The position numbers and the translations under genes were made by a program. From assembly GCA_964270895.1 (NCBI GenBank), contig OZ185437.1: DNA of 64,000 bases. One strand, written 5' to 3'. Shown here in pieces: positions 11,301 to 21,676 of the stretch; the first letter of the stretch is position 1; every line of letters starts with the position of its first letter. Source of the stretch: Podarcis filfolensis. Its lineage: Eukaryota. A model generated the notes under the pieces. It was not told where the DNA came from. It saw only the letters and a list, made by a program, of their open reading frames with translations, and did no database searches.

Positions 11301-14300
11301 GGGTCGTCAGAAGTATTCAATCAGCACCTCACCCCCAGGTTTCAAATGAAGAAGTTTTTTTATTAAAGTCAGAGATAAAGGTATAAGGAGAGGAGAGAGA
11401 GAACAGGTAAGATAGCGCAAGCAGAAAAGCAAACAGTTTACTGTCTAAACAACCCACACTAGACAACAGAGCAAGGATTACCCATGATGTTGAGGAGATG
11501 ACCAGGGTTTTTTAAACCCTGTAGATACAATTCTCTATGCAGGTATGGCTATGTGCACTCAGACAATCACTACAGGCACTTGGGGACTTGACAAGGGATG
11601 CCTAAGAGGATGAAAGGTTGATACTTCTCAACAAGCTAGGAAGGAGGAAGTAAAAAGGTGACACCAGGGAGAGATTTCCTAATTACTTCAGGTAGACAGA
11701 ATCCATGGGGGGGGGCGTTTCAGCTTGCAATGCGACAGGAAAGTTACTATGTAATTGGGAATCTATGCCATTAAAGAGACGGGCATTTCGTTCTCAGGCT
11801 TTTCTCCAAAATGAGCTGTTCAAATATAAAGAAAGGGGGTAGTGGAATTGCTTGACTTTATGACTAAGCAACAGGAAGTAGTGATGGCCACCCATTCAGA
11901 TGGTTTTAAAAGAGGATTAGACAAATTCAAGGAGGATATGGCTATCAATGGCTTCTAGTCAAAATGGTTATGTTCCACTGCAGTATCCCTCTGTATACTG
12001 TATAGGTGGGAATAATGAGCAGGCGCGCAAAATATGGTCTGAAGCTCAACATCAAAAAAATGAATATCATGGCAACTGGGCCCATCACCTCCTGGCAAAT
12101 AGAAGGAGAAGAAATGGAGGCAGTGAGAGATTTTACTTTCTTGGGCTCCATGATCACTGCAGATGGTGACAGCAGCCACGAAATTAAGAGACGCCTGCTT
12201 CTTGGGAGGAAAGCAACGACCAACCTAGACAGCATCTTAAAAAGTAGAGACATCACCTTGCCAACAAAGGTCCGTATAGTAAAAGCTATGGTTTTCCCAG
12301 TAGTGATGTATGGAAGTGAGAGCTGGACCATAAAGAAGGCTCATCGTCGAAGAATTGATGCTTTTGAATTATGGTGCTGGAGGAGACTCTTGAGAGTCCC
12401 ATGGACTGCAAGAAGATCAAACCTCTCCATTCTGAAGGAAATCAGCCCTGAGTGCTCACTGGAAGGACAGATCGTGAAGCTGAGGCTCCAATACTTTGGC
12501 CACCTCATGAGAAGAGAAGACTCCCTGGAAAAGACCCTGATGTTGGGAAAGATGGAGGGCACAAGGAGAAGGGGACGACAGAGGACGAGATGGTTGGATA
12601 GTGTCTTCGAAGCTACAAACATGAGTCTGACCAAACTGCGGGAGGCAGTGGAAGACAGAAGTGCCTGGCGTGCTCTGGTCCATGGGGTCATGAAGAATCG
12701 GACACGACTAAACGACTAAACAACAACAACAACAATGAGCAGGCAGAGGTCTGTTGTACTCATGTCCTCTTTTGAGCTTCCCATAGGCATTTGGAAAGCA
12801 CCTGAGGGAACAGGATGATGGGCTAGGTGGGACTTTGGCCTGATCTCTTCTCATGTTCTTATGTAACCAGTTTTCTTATTGTGGAAGTTAAAAAGATTCC
12901 TTCTAATCCAACATTTTTACAACATAGGACACAACACTCAAATGGGTGTAGGCGTTCCCTTTGAAATATTCCCTTTTATTTATAAAAATTTGTTAGATTG
13001 CCGTTCTATCAACATACACTCAAGGCAATCTATTCTATTTAAAGCCAAGAGCAAACAGCACAAAGGATTGTTGAAAAAACCCCACGATACTAAAATGCTA
13101 TGGCAGCATGAAAGAAAAGTGCTAGGAGAATGAAGTAGATGAGATTGTATCTGCCACTCTTTCCCAGGCACAATCCAAATGTGAAAACAATGTCTGAACA
13201 GGCTCCCAAGTCTGCTCAGGGATGCATTTAACCCTACCTGAAGTCACATGCAGTGGTGAGTTCCGCTCCTCCTCCCAGAGCTTTCCCTTGCACTAGTGCA
13301 ACTGTAATCAGAGGTAACCTACACAAAACGGGGAGCAAGAAAGAAACCATTCAAAATTACAACTACAGTCAAAGGGTTAAATGATCAAAAGGCATGCTAT
13401 TCCAACCAAGAGAAACAATGGTTTGTCTTGGAAAGTAAACATGACACATAAACATCAGAAACAAAAGCAATTATCGTAGCAACAGTAAAAATACAAAAAA
13501 AGCAGTAGATCTGCTTCATATTTGTTTTACGGTTCTCTTTTGTAGGCTATCTTGAAAATGTAGATTAATAAAATTACGTTTTAATAATTTTTTTTATTTT
13601 TAAAAAAGGTGAAAGTAAGCATTAAAGTGCACACACATTGTGAAGACTGCCGGGTTGGGGGGGGGGGAATTGTAAGCTTTCATGTTTTTCAGACTTTATG
13701 GAGGACTGGCACCTGTTTAGTTTTGTCCATTTATGGTGCCATGTCATGACACTCCCCCTCCCGAAAGCTACCTTATCTCTGCATATATAAGTAAGTTTTG
13801 GGGGGGGGGGGACACATAACCAGAGTCAGACATTCTGTTAAATTTTCTAATCTTTTTTATTCTGTATGACACATTTAGAGGAACAACTCAAAAGCTAATA
13901 TGGGTACCTGGCTAGTGAGGTTTGGAGCTCTCAAGAGGCCAAAATTAGAAATAGTGTATGAAAGCTACAGCCCCCAACATTGACATGAATCGATAATGAA
14001 ACTCAGTTATAAGATGTGTCACGAAGAACTGGAGACTGAGAGGTTACTGGCTACAAATTTTGGGGAATTCGTTTTCCGAAGCTCCCTCTCCCACAAGTTT
14101 GCCTCACGGTCTTTCATCCTCTGTCACCTTTTTCTCGTGTGACCTTGGGCAGTGATTATTCTATGCAGCAGTAAGTCTGCATTCTGTTATAGAAACGTCT
14201 GAAACAATGGGAACAGGATTAAATGTCAGAGAAGGATGGGCTTTTGTTTCTCATCTGGAAGTCCTTAGGTCATTCTACAAAAAAAAAGCCCTCTCATAAA

Positions 14301-17300
14301 ACTGAAGGTCAGAAATAATCCAAAACAATAGCGGCACGAGAAATACGGCTTCCCAGTTACTAAGAGAGCCTTAAGAAATGCTGGGGAGAGAGAAACCTTT
14401 GTGGGGGTGGGGGAACAGATGGTGGATTAAACTAACAGTCTCCTCCTCTGCACATGTTGCTTCCATACCCCTATGTAGGTTGAGGACATACTGCTTGCCA
14501 ACTTTTAAGAGATGACTTCAACACTTTCTAGAAATTGAGACAGAAGTTTCAGGGGGTGGTATGTCCCTGCCCCTACCACCAAAGGCTTTGTTGTCATTTC
14601 GGAAAACTTCAAGAGTTGTAAATGTCATCTGCTTATAAGAACCAATGTTTTAGTTTCCAACATCTCCAGGCTTACAAATCATGCAACATGCAAACATGAG
14701 ATGCTACTTTTGCATTTATTTATTTTTTGCTAGAGCTACAATTCAAGCTGTTGAACATTTTAAAAGTTAATCAGACAAAACACACTGACCTCATGAGTTT
14801 GGTTAAGGTGTTTTGCATGAACATACACATGTCCATCCCATCCTATAAAGAAGGAGGAAAACAGTTAAAATTATCCTGAAGTACACAAATTCCCAAAGGG
14901 AATAGCTCTGAGCTGACATATAATAACTTTCCTAAACGTTTTGCCTGGGTTCTGTACTCTAAACTGTACCAAAGACATTGTGCTCCAAATCAGCTACTGA
15001 CTGCTACCAATGGCTCCATAAAGATGCTAAATAGCACTGGAGACAAAATAAGCACTGGGACATTCCACAGCATAACTGCCAGGACTCTGGTGCTCGGGTC
15101 CTGTTTACAGGTTTCCCACAGCCATCTATCCGGTTGGCCACTGTGAGATCAGGATGCTAAATAAGATGGCTCACTGGCGTGATCCAGCAAGCTCTTCTCA
15201 TGTTCCTTAGACACATAGTCATCCAATGCTACTCTATGGAACCAGCCCTGCAGGTAAGTACAGAACCAGTGCAGAATAGCATTTGCAACCACTAACCTAC
15301 AGAGCTAATTCATGAGGAATCTATAGTTGATGGTCTCAAATGCTGCTGAAAGATAAAGCAAGAGTCACTTAACCTTCTCCTGATGGTCATCCATCAGGGC
15401 TAGCAAGGTCAACTGGGCTGCAAAACCAGGTTCTGCCCAAAACTGGTAAGGGCCAGAATAATTGGTTTCATCCAAGAACATCTGTACTAAGCACTTTCCC
15501 AAGAAAAGAGGTCTTTGCATTTAGGTGGAAGGTGTTGCCTGCCATTGGATCCAGGGCAGGCTTTATTAGGAGTGGTTACAGCACAACCCGGCCACATAAC
15601 GATGCATTAACCACTTGCTGGACCCAACCACTATTTCCCCTCCTCCAAGCGGGTTAAGAGGGCAAGTCAGCATTGCTACAAGCCCGTTGTCCACACTGTC
15701 AGGCCCCAGTGGAATGAGTGACTGGAGATAGTGTTTGGTGACCAAGTAGGAGTGACTGGGTTAATGGTGTGCTTGTGTGTGCTGGTGAAGATGTAGTATG
15801 GGTTGGGCGATATTAAATTAGTGCATATTGTATGATTTATGCAGATGTATCACAGAATTTGGGAGGGATGGTGAACAGTGAGGCGAGTGTTGCATTTTGG
15901 GTCAGGGTGTGCCTTGGCAAGGGAGAGGCTGAAGAGGGAAGGGGCTCCTGACTAAAGACAATTCAAAATGTGCTGCTGTGTTTTTGTTGTGGGCATTTTT
16001 CTTTTTGTTATCTTGTATTATCTTGTAGTTTCTCAGGCTGTTTGTTATATAAGCATATTGCATTTGTTATTTTGTACACTGCTTAGTGGCTGAAATAGGG
16101 ACTCTGCAATCTCTAGATGCCGATTCCTAGCTTTTACAATACACAGGCTTTTTTATTTTGCAAAACATTTTTAAAAAATGAATTTGAGACCCTTAGCCTT
16201 TTCTGTTTTTATTTCTATCTATTTGGCACATATTTTTGTTCTCTTCTTCATCTACCTAAAGGTAGCCTGAGTGGCTGTACATCTCTCTCTCTCTGCAATT
16301 TTATTGCTGTTTTGACATGGTATTGTTGTTGGCTTGCATTCGCTTTTTAACTGTTGTAAGACACTGCAAGACAGCTCTCTCTCTCTCTCTCTATATATAT
16401 ATAATATAATATAATTAGGAATACAAATTCTATTCATAAATGAAATAGGATTGAATAAAGCTGAAGAACAAATACATTTTCCACCCTAAGCAGTGATCTC
16501 ACTATTTAACTTAAAAAACACCCTGAGCAGTGCACAAAGCAGGCCAGAAGAGAAGTCTAAAGTGTTGATGAATACAAAGATGCCTGTGTTTATGGAAGGG
16601 AAGGGGGAGAAGAGGAACTATTCATAGTGAAGAGTTTCAAAACAAAGCCACATTAATGATCTCAGAGCATTTCTGCTTCTACAAAGTAAGACTGTCAGCT
16701 GGTGCTAACTCTTGAATGGCAACCAGAAGGCGGACTGGGGAGTGCAGGCCATTATTAATATCTTATTAATTAAATGCCATGGAAGGCAGAGACTGAAAAG
16801 GCTTTGGCTCTTGGCTTCAGTTAAATGAGCCTAGCAGATTGAAGAGGAGCCCTTGATGAATAAGACCAAAAGCACCTATCTGGTTCAACATCCTATTTCC
16901 CATGGTGGCCACTCAGATTCCTCTAGAAAGTCCATAGGCAGGTGAAAGGAGGCTGCATATATAGCCGTCATGACTCATGGCCATATCTTACATATCAAAC
17001 ATTCTCCTCTGGCAAAACTGGCTGCTACAGAAAGGCATATCCAGTGGTTTGGGTAGTTCTTTCAGAGAAGATTTCCAGCTAACATTTAGCTGCTCTGCAC
17101 CGCACAATAAGTTAAACTATGGGCTACTGAGACCACACAAACATGTGAACTCCCAGAGAAGAACTTTGCTTCTCCCCAGTCCTTTTTGCTGCAATGCCTG
17201 TGTTAAGCTAACCAGTGCCAAGTAGCCAAGTCATCAGAGGGATGGCCTTTTCACCACTGCTGGAAAAGACCAGTGATATTTTTCGTATTTTCTCAACACC

Positions 17301-20300
17301 CACAGGGCAACACCATTCCCCAACAATAAAACCTGTTTGCGACCCTGTAACATGCTGTACAATAAGCCTGCAACTCACACACACTTAACTTGTGAGCTTT
17401 AAGCGCTTGGCAATTTATTTATTTTTTAACAATTAAAAGAAGGGAAGAAAGGAGGCAGGCATCTGGGAAGAAAAGACTTTGGCAGCCCCACTTGCCATTG
17501 TACCCAATGTGTTTTGACTATATGTATTTTGGCTTTAGGTGCAATCTCCAGAATGTAGGACTTACTGTAATTATTTTCAAAATGTGCAGTGAGAAACATC
17601 AAGCAAAGGTGAAAATAAATTACTGCCAGGCAAGATATAGCCTGAAAACTCACACTCAAGGTTCTTGAAAGACACTGGGAGTTCTGAGCCATTATTTAGA
17701 AACAACTCTCCTATGATTCAGATACCAGAAAGCAAAAGAACCTCTCATTGTAGTTAAACAGAGGGTGATATGCAACATTTGTCATATTCAGAGTAGGCTT
17801 AAATCCACTGATTTCAAAATGACTAATGCTGGATATCAGGGAATTCAGCCAAGTGAAAGGAATTTCAAAAGGGAGAGATTACAGCACATGCTTAGCTCTC
17901 CTATTGTAATCAATGGGAGATAGAAAGATAGAATGTGAGATAATTTTACACAGCTAATTACCAAAGTGATTTGGGAAGTCTGACATGCTTTCAGAGAATG
18001 GAATTTAACAAATACTTTTTAAAAAAATCTTAAAATACTGGGGTAAGTCTGCTGCTGAGAAAGTGTTTTAATCAAATCAAGTCAGACCTCCCTGTTTCAT
18101 ACTGTGAGGAATATACAATGTGTGGTCCATGCCAACAAACCCAGGAAACAATTTTATTGAACCAAATTTGGGTCACAGTAATTGCACAAGTTTATGACTC
18201 ATGCCAAGGAGTAAATTTATTTTATTTCTCACATTTTGGAAATGAGATTTCCAAAGGATAGAAACATACAGCGATCAGTTAGGAGAGCACTGTCTTTTAT
18301 TCTTGCTGTAACAATAAACAAAGCCAGTCATTTCATTTTGTCCTGAGGAAAGTGAGAGCACTTTTCAATGCTGGCTTGAAAACCACTGTGAACTGACATG
18401 TTACAGCACTGGACAGGTTACTCAGCACTAATGACAGCTTTTAGTGTCCTACGTCGCTTTATGGATCCAAGTCCTTTTTTAAAACCTAGTATTAATCCTG
18501 CCATTATTTAAACAAAGGCTGTGGCTGAATTCTTGCAAAGAATGAGATGTGATTGCAGGGAATAAAATGGACAAATATCCTCTGTGGCCAAGAATAACAA
18601 CAAGCTTGATACTGGGAATTTCTGCCTCATCCTATGTAGGTTTACTCAGAAACCCACCCCAGTGTGGGACTTACTTCCAAGTGTACATAGGATTGCTGTC
18701 TGAGGAATAAAATAAACCTTGCAAAAATCTTCTCAGAAGTTGTCCCATTCAGTTCAATGGAGCTTGTTCCCAGATAAGTGGGTACAGTGGTTGTTGAATG
18801 GCTTGTCTCCTGAACAAGTCAGCTCCCGAACGCCGCAAACCCGGAAGTGAGTGTTCCGGTTAGCGAATGTTTCTTGGAAGCCAAACATCTGATGCGGCTT
18901 CCGATTGAGTGCAGGAAGCTTCTGCAGCCAACTGGAAGCTGCACCTTGGTTTTCAAACTGTTCCTGGAATCAAACGGACACCCGGAAGGGATTAAGTTCG
19001 ACAACCAAGGTACCACTGTATTTGGAATGCAGTCTAAATAGCTTCCTTTTAACAGGAGTCTCCCTCCACATAGATTTCTTTCCCATTAACTGAACTGCAG
19101 GTGAAGGAGACGGATCCACTTTAACAGCTTGGGAAACCAATCAAGCTCATCTTACAGTCTGCAACCAGTCTCATTTCTCTGAAGATTTAAAAAAGTTTTA
19201 AAGAAGAAATGCAATAAACTGAGGGAAGAATTTCCAGCATGGAAATTCTGAGTAATAAATCAAACACACGACCCCTACACTTGTACTACTTGCAATTTGT
19301 CATTCACTTCTGAAAGGCTGACAGCACATTCAGCATCCAGACACAAAACAGAATAATTGTTATTGTTTTCTTATGATGATTTGCAGGGTCATCTTTCATT
19401 GAGGAACAAGTGGCTCAGAACATTAAACAGTGCATGAGAAATTGATTTCTACTATCACTTACCTGTGGGCTGGACAGCGCCCTGACAGCATTCAGATCAG
19501 ACCCTGAACAAAAAGTGTTTGCTGCACCACGGACAATTAGCCCTTTTCCATCCGCCCAGTTTTCCAATTCAGCAACCCTCTCCTGTAGCTCTAGCATCAT
19601 CACACCTGCCATCAAAAGAAGGAACATGTGAGGGTCACCTTTAGAATGCATTTTATTAGAAAAAAAACTAGTTTGAAAACAATTATATGGTTCTATGATA
19701 ATGATATACGATTCTATATGAAAAGGCTATACTATCAGCATCTATACTTTCTATTTTTTAAAAACAGAACTATTGTTGACTCTGTCCTGGCTGCACCTCT
19801 TTCCTACGCACTTTGGAAAGTGCTAGTGGAAGAAAAGTGCCAAGTGTCCCTCCAGGGGAATGGCTGGGTAGGGGTCACCAAACTTTTTTTAAGCCAATGA
19901 GCACATTTGGAATTTTGAGGAAGTGCTGTGGGTGCCAGTCACATGCTGCAGGGCATACAGTCTCACAAAACGATGCTGTGGAGTGTGAGGTAACATGAAA
20001 TGGCTGCTGGGAGAGCATGATATAATGGCTTACACATCTTTAAAAAACAAACAAACCAGAAAAAGAGACGGGACTAACCACAAAATCATGCTGGCCACAC
20101 ACACCCCCAACCTCCCAGAGGAAAAGAATTATCAGTCACTGCTCTACATGCTCACATGTAGTTACTCCTCACACTTCTCTTGTGAATTTTTTTTCTTGGT
20201 AAACCTGTGGCTTGACACTTTTAATACCCCCAGATGATTTAATGGATTGTCAATATGGTATATTTATTGATTTGAATCCTTTATTAGTTTATTTATTAGT

Positions 20301-21492
20301 ATCCTATCCATACTCTTGAAAGAACGTAAGCATGCAGTGGCCAAACGCCACCCAATGGGAGAATGTATCAGTATTCCAGGGTCTCCACTGTTATAAGCTT
20401 CTAGCTGTAATTCACAGTGAGAGGACTTGACCTATGATTTCCTAAATCCTCCACCCCGGTGGTCATATTTCAGTCTCCATGGTCAGCAGTGATTAGCCTA
20501 AGGTTACCAGATTTTTTCCAATGAATCTGGGGACACTTTTCAACTTCAATGGATTTTGTATGGGTACTGATTTGTAAATCCGAGGACTGTCCCCAGGAAC
20601 GGGGACGTCTGGTACCCTTAGACCAGCATACAGGTCTATAGAAAAGTGCTTGTCCAGCTTTTATGCCCTTTCTCTGGAACACTGAGGAAGTCAGAGCAAC
20701 TTCCAGAAGCAATACAAGACTTTTTTTAAAAAATCCATGCTGGCATTCAGTAGCAATTTCTAGATCAGCATTTGGTTAATCCACCTACATTTCTATATTG
20801 AAAATCCTTATGAATATTGCTTTGGACTTGGAGCCTTAAGAAAAGACCAGGTTATGAATTTAAATAAACCAAGAATTAAGTACATTTGGGCAGATATATA
20901 AAACAAAGAGAAAAGAACTGGGGCATCTGGCTTCAGGCTCACTGAACCGTTGTGACAAAAGGCGTTTTCAACATCTAAAGTGTGGTATTACAGAGTCCCT
21001 GTGAAGAACATGACCTATTTTAAATCTCTGTGATTGCAAGATAATTCTCATCACATTTGAAGGCAAGTGTTAAGGAGTCATTTCTGCCTTTGCACATACT
21101 TAAGAGGAAGCAAACACATACTATTAAATGTATTAATAATTAAGAAAGCATTCACTTATTTGCTATACTAGACGCCCAATAGCTATCACTCTCTGGGCAT
21201 CATACAAAGAGGAGAGAAAATATAAATGTACATAACAAATTGCAAAAACCATCCACAACACATTGCTAATACCTGTAAACGCATTCATAAACCTTGGATT
21301 GTTCAATGTCAGTATCCCAATCCCATCATCTTCTTTAGAAAGGTCAACAGATCCACCTGCAAACTGCTGAAGCTTCTTCCTTATTTTCTCCTCCTCAAAG
21401 CCATGAGTATGGCTATGGAGAGACATACTCACTTGTGGCAACAATCTGCCATGAGTAATTCGATGAAAACTCTTCCATAGTAAAATGGTCAT
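4947..21492 (-). CDS. ECHDC1: ECHDC1, ethylmalonyl-CoA decarboxylase (crotonase superfamily); join(21492..21273,19605..19463,14842..14790,13318..13238,5352..4947), 300 aa
   Basis: The five exons splice in frame through GT-AG introns (phases 1,0,2,2) into a 903-nt ORF. Product: MTILLWKSF...GILTLNNPRFMNAFTGVMMLEL...FCSGSDLNAV...DGMDMCMFMQNTLTKLMRLPLITVALVQGKALGGGAELTTACDFRLMTPESEIRFVHKQMGLVPGWGG...VWGGPANLQALAQRTKHK*, colinear with human ECHDC1. Crotonase oxyanion-hole motifs GSDL and GGGAE present. Confidence 0.97.
5764..6099 (-). mobile_element. RTE-clade LINE, 5'-truncated 3' end
   Basis: Frameshifted translation RFKD..K.CSINTDNW..ACECSSWRTAFTKGVMDFED...CGRTCGSRIGL.SHLRTH, the C-terminal Zn-finger-like tail of RTE ORFs; GAAGAAGA tail; direct repeat AATGAACACA at 5751-5760 and 6100-6109 (TSD). 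Confidence 0.85.
6314..6406. repeat. Minisatellite, 3 x 31 bp
   Basis: Unit GCCCTAGTCCTAGTCTGTAAATTTATTCAAA with few substitutions, starting at 6314, 6345 and 6376. Confidence 0.9.
6660..7202 (+). mobile_element. CR1 LINE 3' fragment (decayed)
   Basis: Remnants of the CR1 RT C-terminus (ELEK..KMIKG...YEER...KIVHG...FRADKRK.FTQ) followed by the CR1 3'UTR (GGCATCTGGTTGGCCACTGAGAGAACAGGATGCT...CTTATG). Confidence 0.8.
8061..8333 (-). mobile_element. tRNA-Ile-derived SINE with CR1-type 3' tail, interrupted by a MITE
   Basis: Minus strand head TAGCTCAGCTGGCTAGAGCATGGTGCTGATAAGGCCAAGGCTGCAG resembles tRNA-Ile; tail ATTCC..CATTGCAGGGGGTTGGACT...CCCTTCCAGCTCTACAATTCTATG. Confidence 0.8.
8106..8232. 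mobile_element. Palindromic hAT-type MITE nested in the SINE
   Basis: CAGCCTTTCTCAACCTGTGGGTCCCCAGATG...CTACAACTCCCATCA / TGATGGGAGTTGTAG...CATCTGGGGACCCACAGGT; target ATCTAGTC; right TIR partly deleted. Related partial copies near 35668-35775, 50625-50700, 54697-54790 and 61525-61600. Confidence 0.8.
8372..8510 (+). mobile_element. Squam3-like tRNA-derived SINE (degenerate); further copies at 28165-28346(-), 34113-34310(+), 41050-41165(-), 57055-57210(+), 60900-61005(+)
   Basis: Shared head GCTCAGTGGTAGAGCA..TGC.TTGCATGCAGAAGGTCCCAGGTTC and body GGAGAGC.GCTGCCAGTC...GGCAGCTTC across copies; family name from recall. Confidence 0.6.
9395..9722 (-). mobile_element. Sauria SINE
   Basis: Diagnostic core GCCAACCTAGCAGTT..AAAGCA...GTAGATAAATAGGTACC..GGGAAGGTAAAC and (TTTACC)n tail on the minus strand; 5' end missing. 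Confidence 0.92.
10512..10605 (+). mobile_element. CR1 3' tail fragment; a second copy at 27001-27100(-)
   Basis: TTAGTTGAGATTCCTGCATTGCAGGGGGTTGGACTA.ATGA.CCTCGGGGT..CTTCCAACTCTACAATTCTATGA. Confidence 0.8.
11015..11209 (-). mobile_element. MIR/CORE-like SINE; a second copy at 47165-47350(-)
   Basis: Minus strand GTGGTTAAAGCATTGGACTAGG..GGGAGATCAGGGTTCAAATCCCCACTCGGCCAT.AAGCTCACTGGGCAACCTTGGGCCAGTCAC: tRNA-like head plus CORE domain. Confidence 0.75.
11874..12865 (+). mobile_element. CR1 3' end (11874-12024 and 12745-12865), split by the Bov-B insertion
   Basis: GTGATGGCCACC...TTTAAAAGAGGATTAGACAAATTCAAGGAGGATATGGCTATCAATGGC before the insertion; GCTTCCCATAGGCATTTGG...GGCCTGATC...TCATGTTCTTATG after it. 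Confidence 0.8.
12025..12733 (+). mobile_element. Bov-B LINE (RTE clade), 5'-truncated, young copy
   Basis: Uninterrupted RT C-terminal frame (YGLKLNIKK...EIKRRLLLGRKA...IDAFELWCWRRLLRVPWTARRSN...WRALVHGV..RTRLND*), (CAA)n tail, 11-bp TSD AATGAGCAGGC at 12014-12024 and 12734-12744. Confidence 0.95.
13238..13318 (-). CDS. ECHDC1: ECHDC1 coding exon (81 nt)
   Basis: TTTTGTGTAG|GTTACCTCTG...GACTTCAG|GTAGGG; LPLITVALVQGKALGGGAELTTACDFR. Confidence 0.97.
14790..14842 (-). CDS. ECHDC1: ECHDC1 coding exon (53 nt)
   Basis: CTTTATAG|GATGGGATG...CTCATGAG|GTCAGT; DGMDMCMFMQNTLTKLMR. Confidence 0.96.
15080..15208 (+). mobile_element. CR1 3'UTR fragment; another at about 16845-16950(-)
   Basis: GGTTGGCCACTGTGAGATCAGGATGCT...GATCCAGCAAGCTCTTCTCATGTTC matches the 3'UTR of the CR1 copies at 6660 and 11874. 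Confidence 0.7.
18785..19018. mobile_element. Tc1/mariner (Tigger/pogo-like) MITE
   Basis: TA|CAGTGGT ... GGTACCACTG|TA; TA dinucleotide on both sides. Confidence 0.75.
19463..19605 (-). CDS. ECHDC1: ECHDC1 coding exon (143 nt)
   Basis: TTTGATGGCAG|GTGTGATG...CCACAG|GTAAGT; (G)VMMLELQERVAELENWADGKGLIVRGAANTFCSGSDLNAVRALSSPQ. Confidence 0.97.
20499..20620. mobile_element. Short MITE with TAAGGTTACCAGA / TCTGGTACCCTTA termini (hAT Tip100-like)
   Basis: Inverted termini and internal GGGGACA / TGTCCCC subterminal repeats; TSD degraded (GATTAGCC vs GACCAGCA). Confidence 0.6.
21273..21492 (-). CDS. ECHDC1: ECHDC1 first coding exon (exon 21494..21273; ATG at 21492)
   Basis: CTTTCCAG|AAATG ACC...; donor TTTACAG|GTATTA; MTILLWKS...HGFEEEKIRKKLQQFAGGSVDLSKEDDGIGILTLNNPRFMNAFT. 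Confidence 0.95.
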
Positions 21493-21587
21493 TTCTGGAA
21501 AGGAGCACAGAGGAGAAATCAATCCAGGTTGATGATGCCTAATTGCATCTTATTTTTCAGACCTATCTAAACAAAATAAAAAAATTC

Positions 21588-21676
21588 CTTCCAGTAGCAC
21601 CTTAGAGACCAACTAAGTTTGTTATTGGTATGAGCTTTCGTGTGTATGCACACTTCTTCAGATGTTGAAGCTCACG
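21588..21676 (-). mobile_element. Penelope-like terminal remnant carrying a minimal hammerhead core
   Basis: Minus strand ATCTGAAGAAGTGTGCATACACACGAAAGCTCATACCAATAACAAACTTAGTTGGTCTCTAAGGTGCTACTGGAA, the reptile Penelope pseudo-LTR end as I recall it. Confidence 0.8.

Noticed and set aside
11290-11760. LTR-like sequence in ECHDC1 intron (minus-strand AATAAA near 11360)
   Set aside because: Could not find matching TG..CA ends or a TSD, so not called as a feature.
11945-12691. Several minus-strand ORFs of 74-128 aa
   Set aside because: Antisense frames of the Bov-B insertion.
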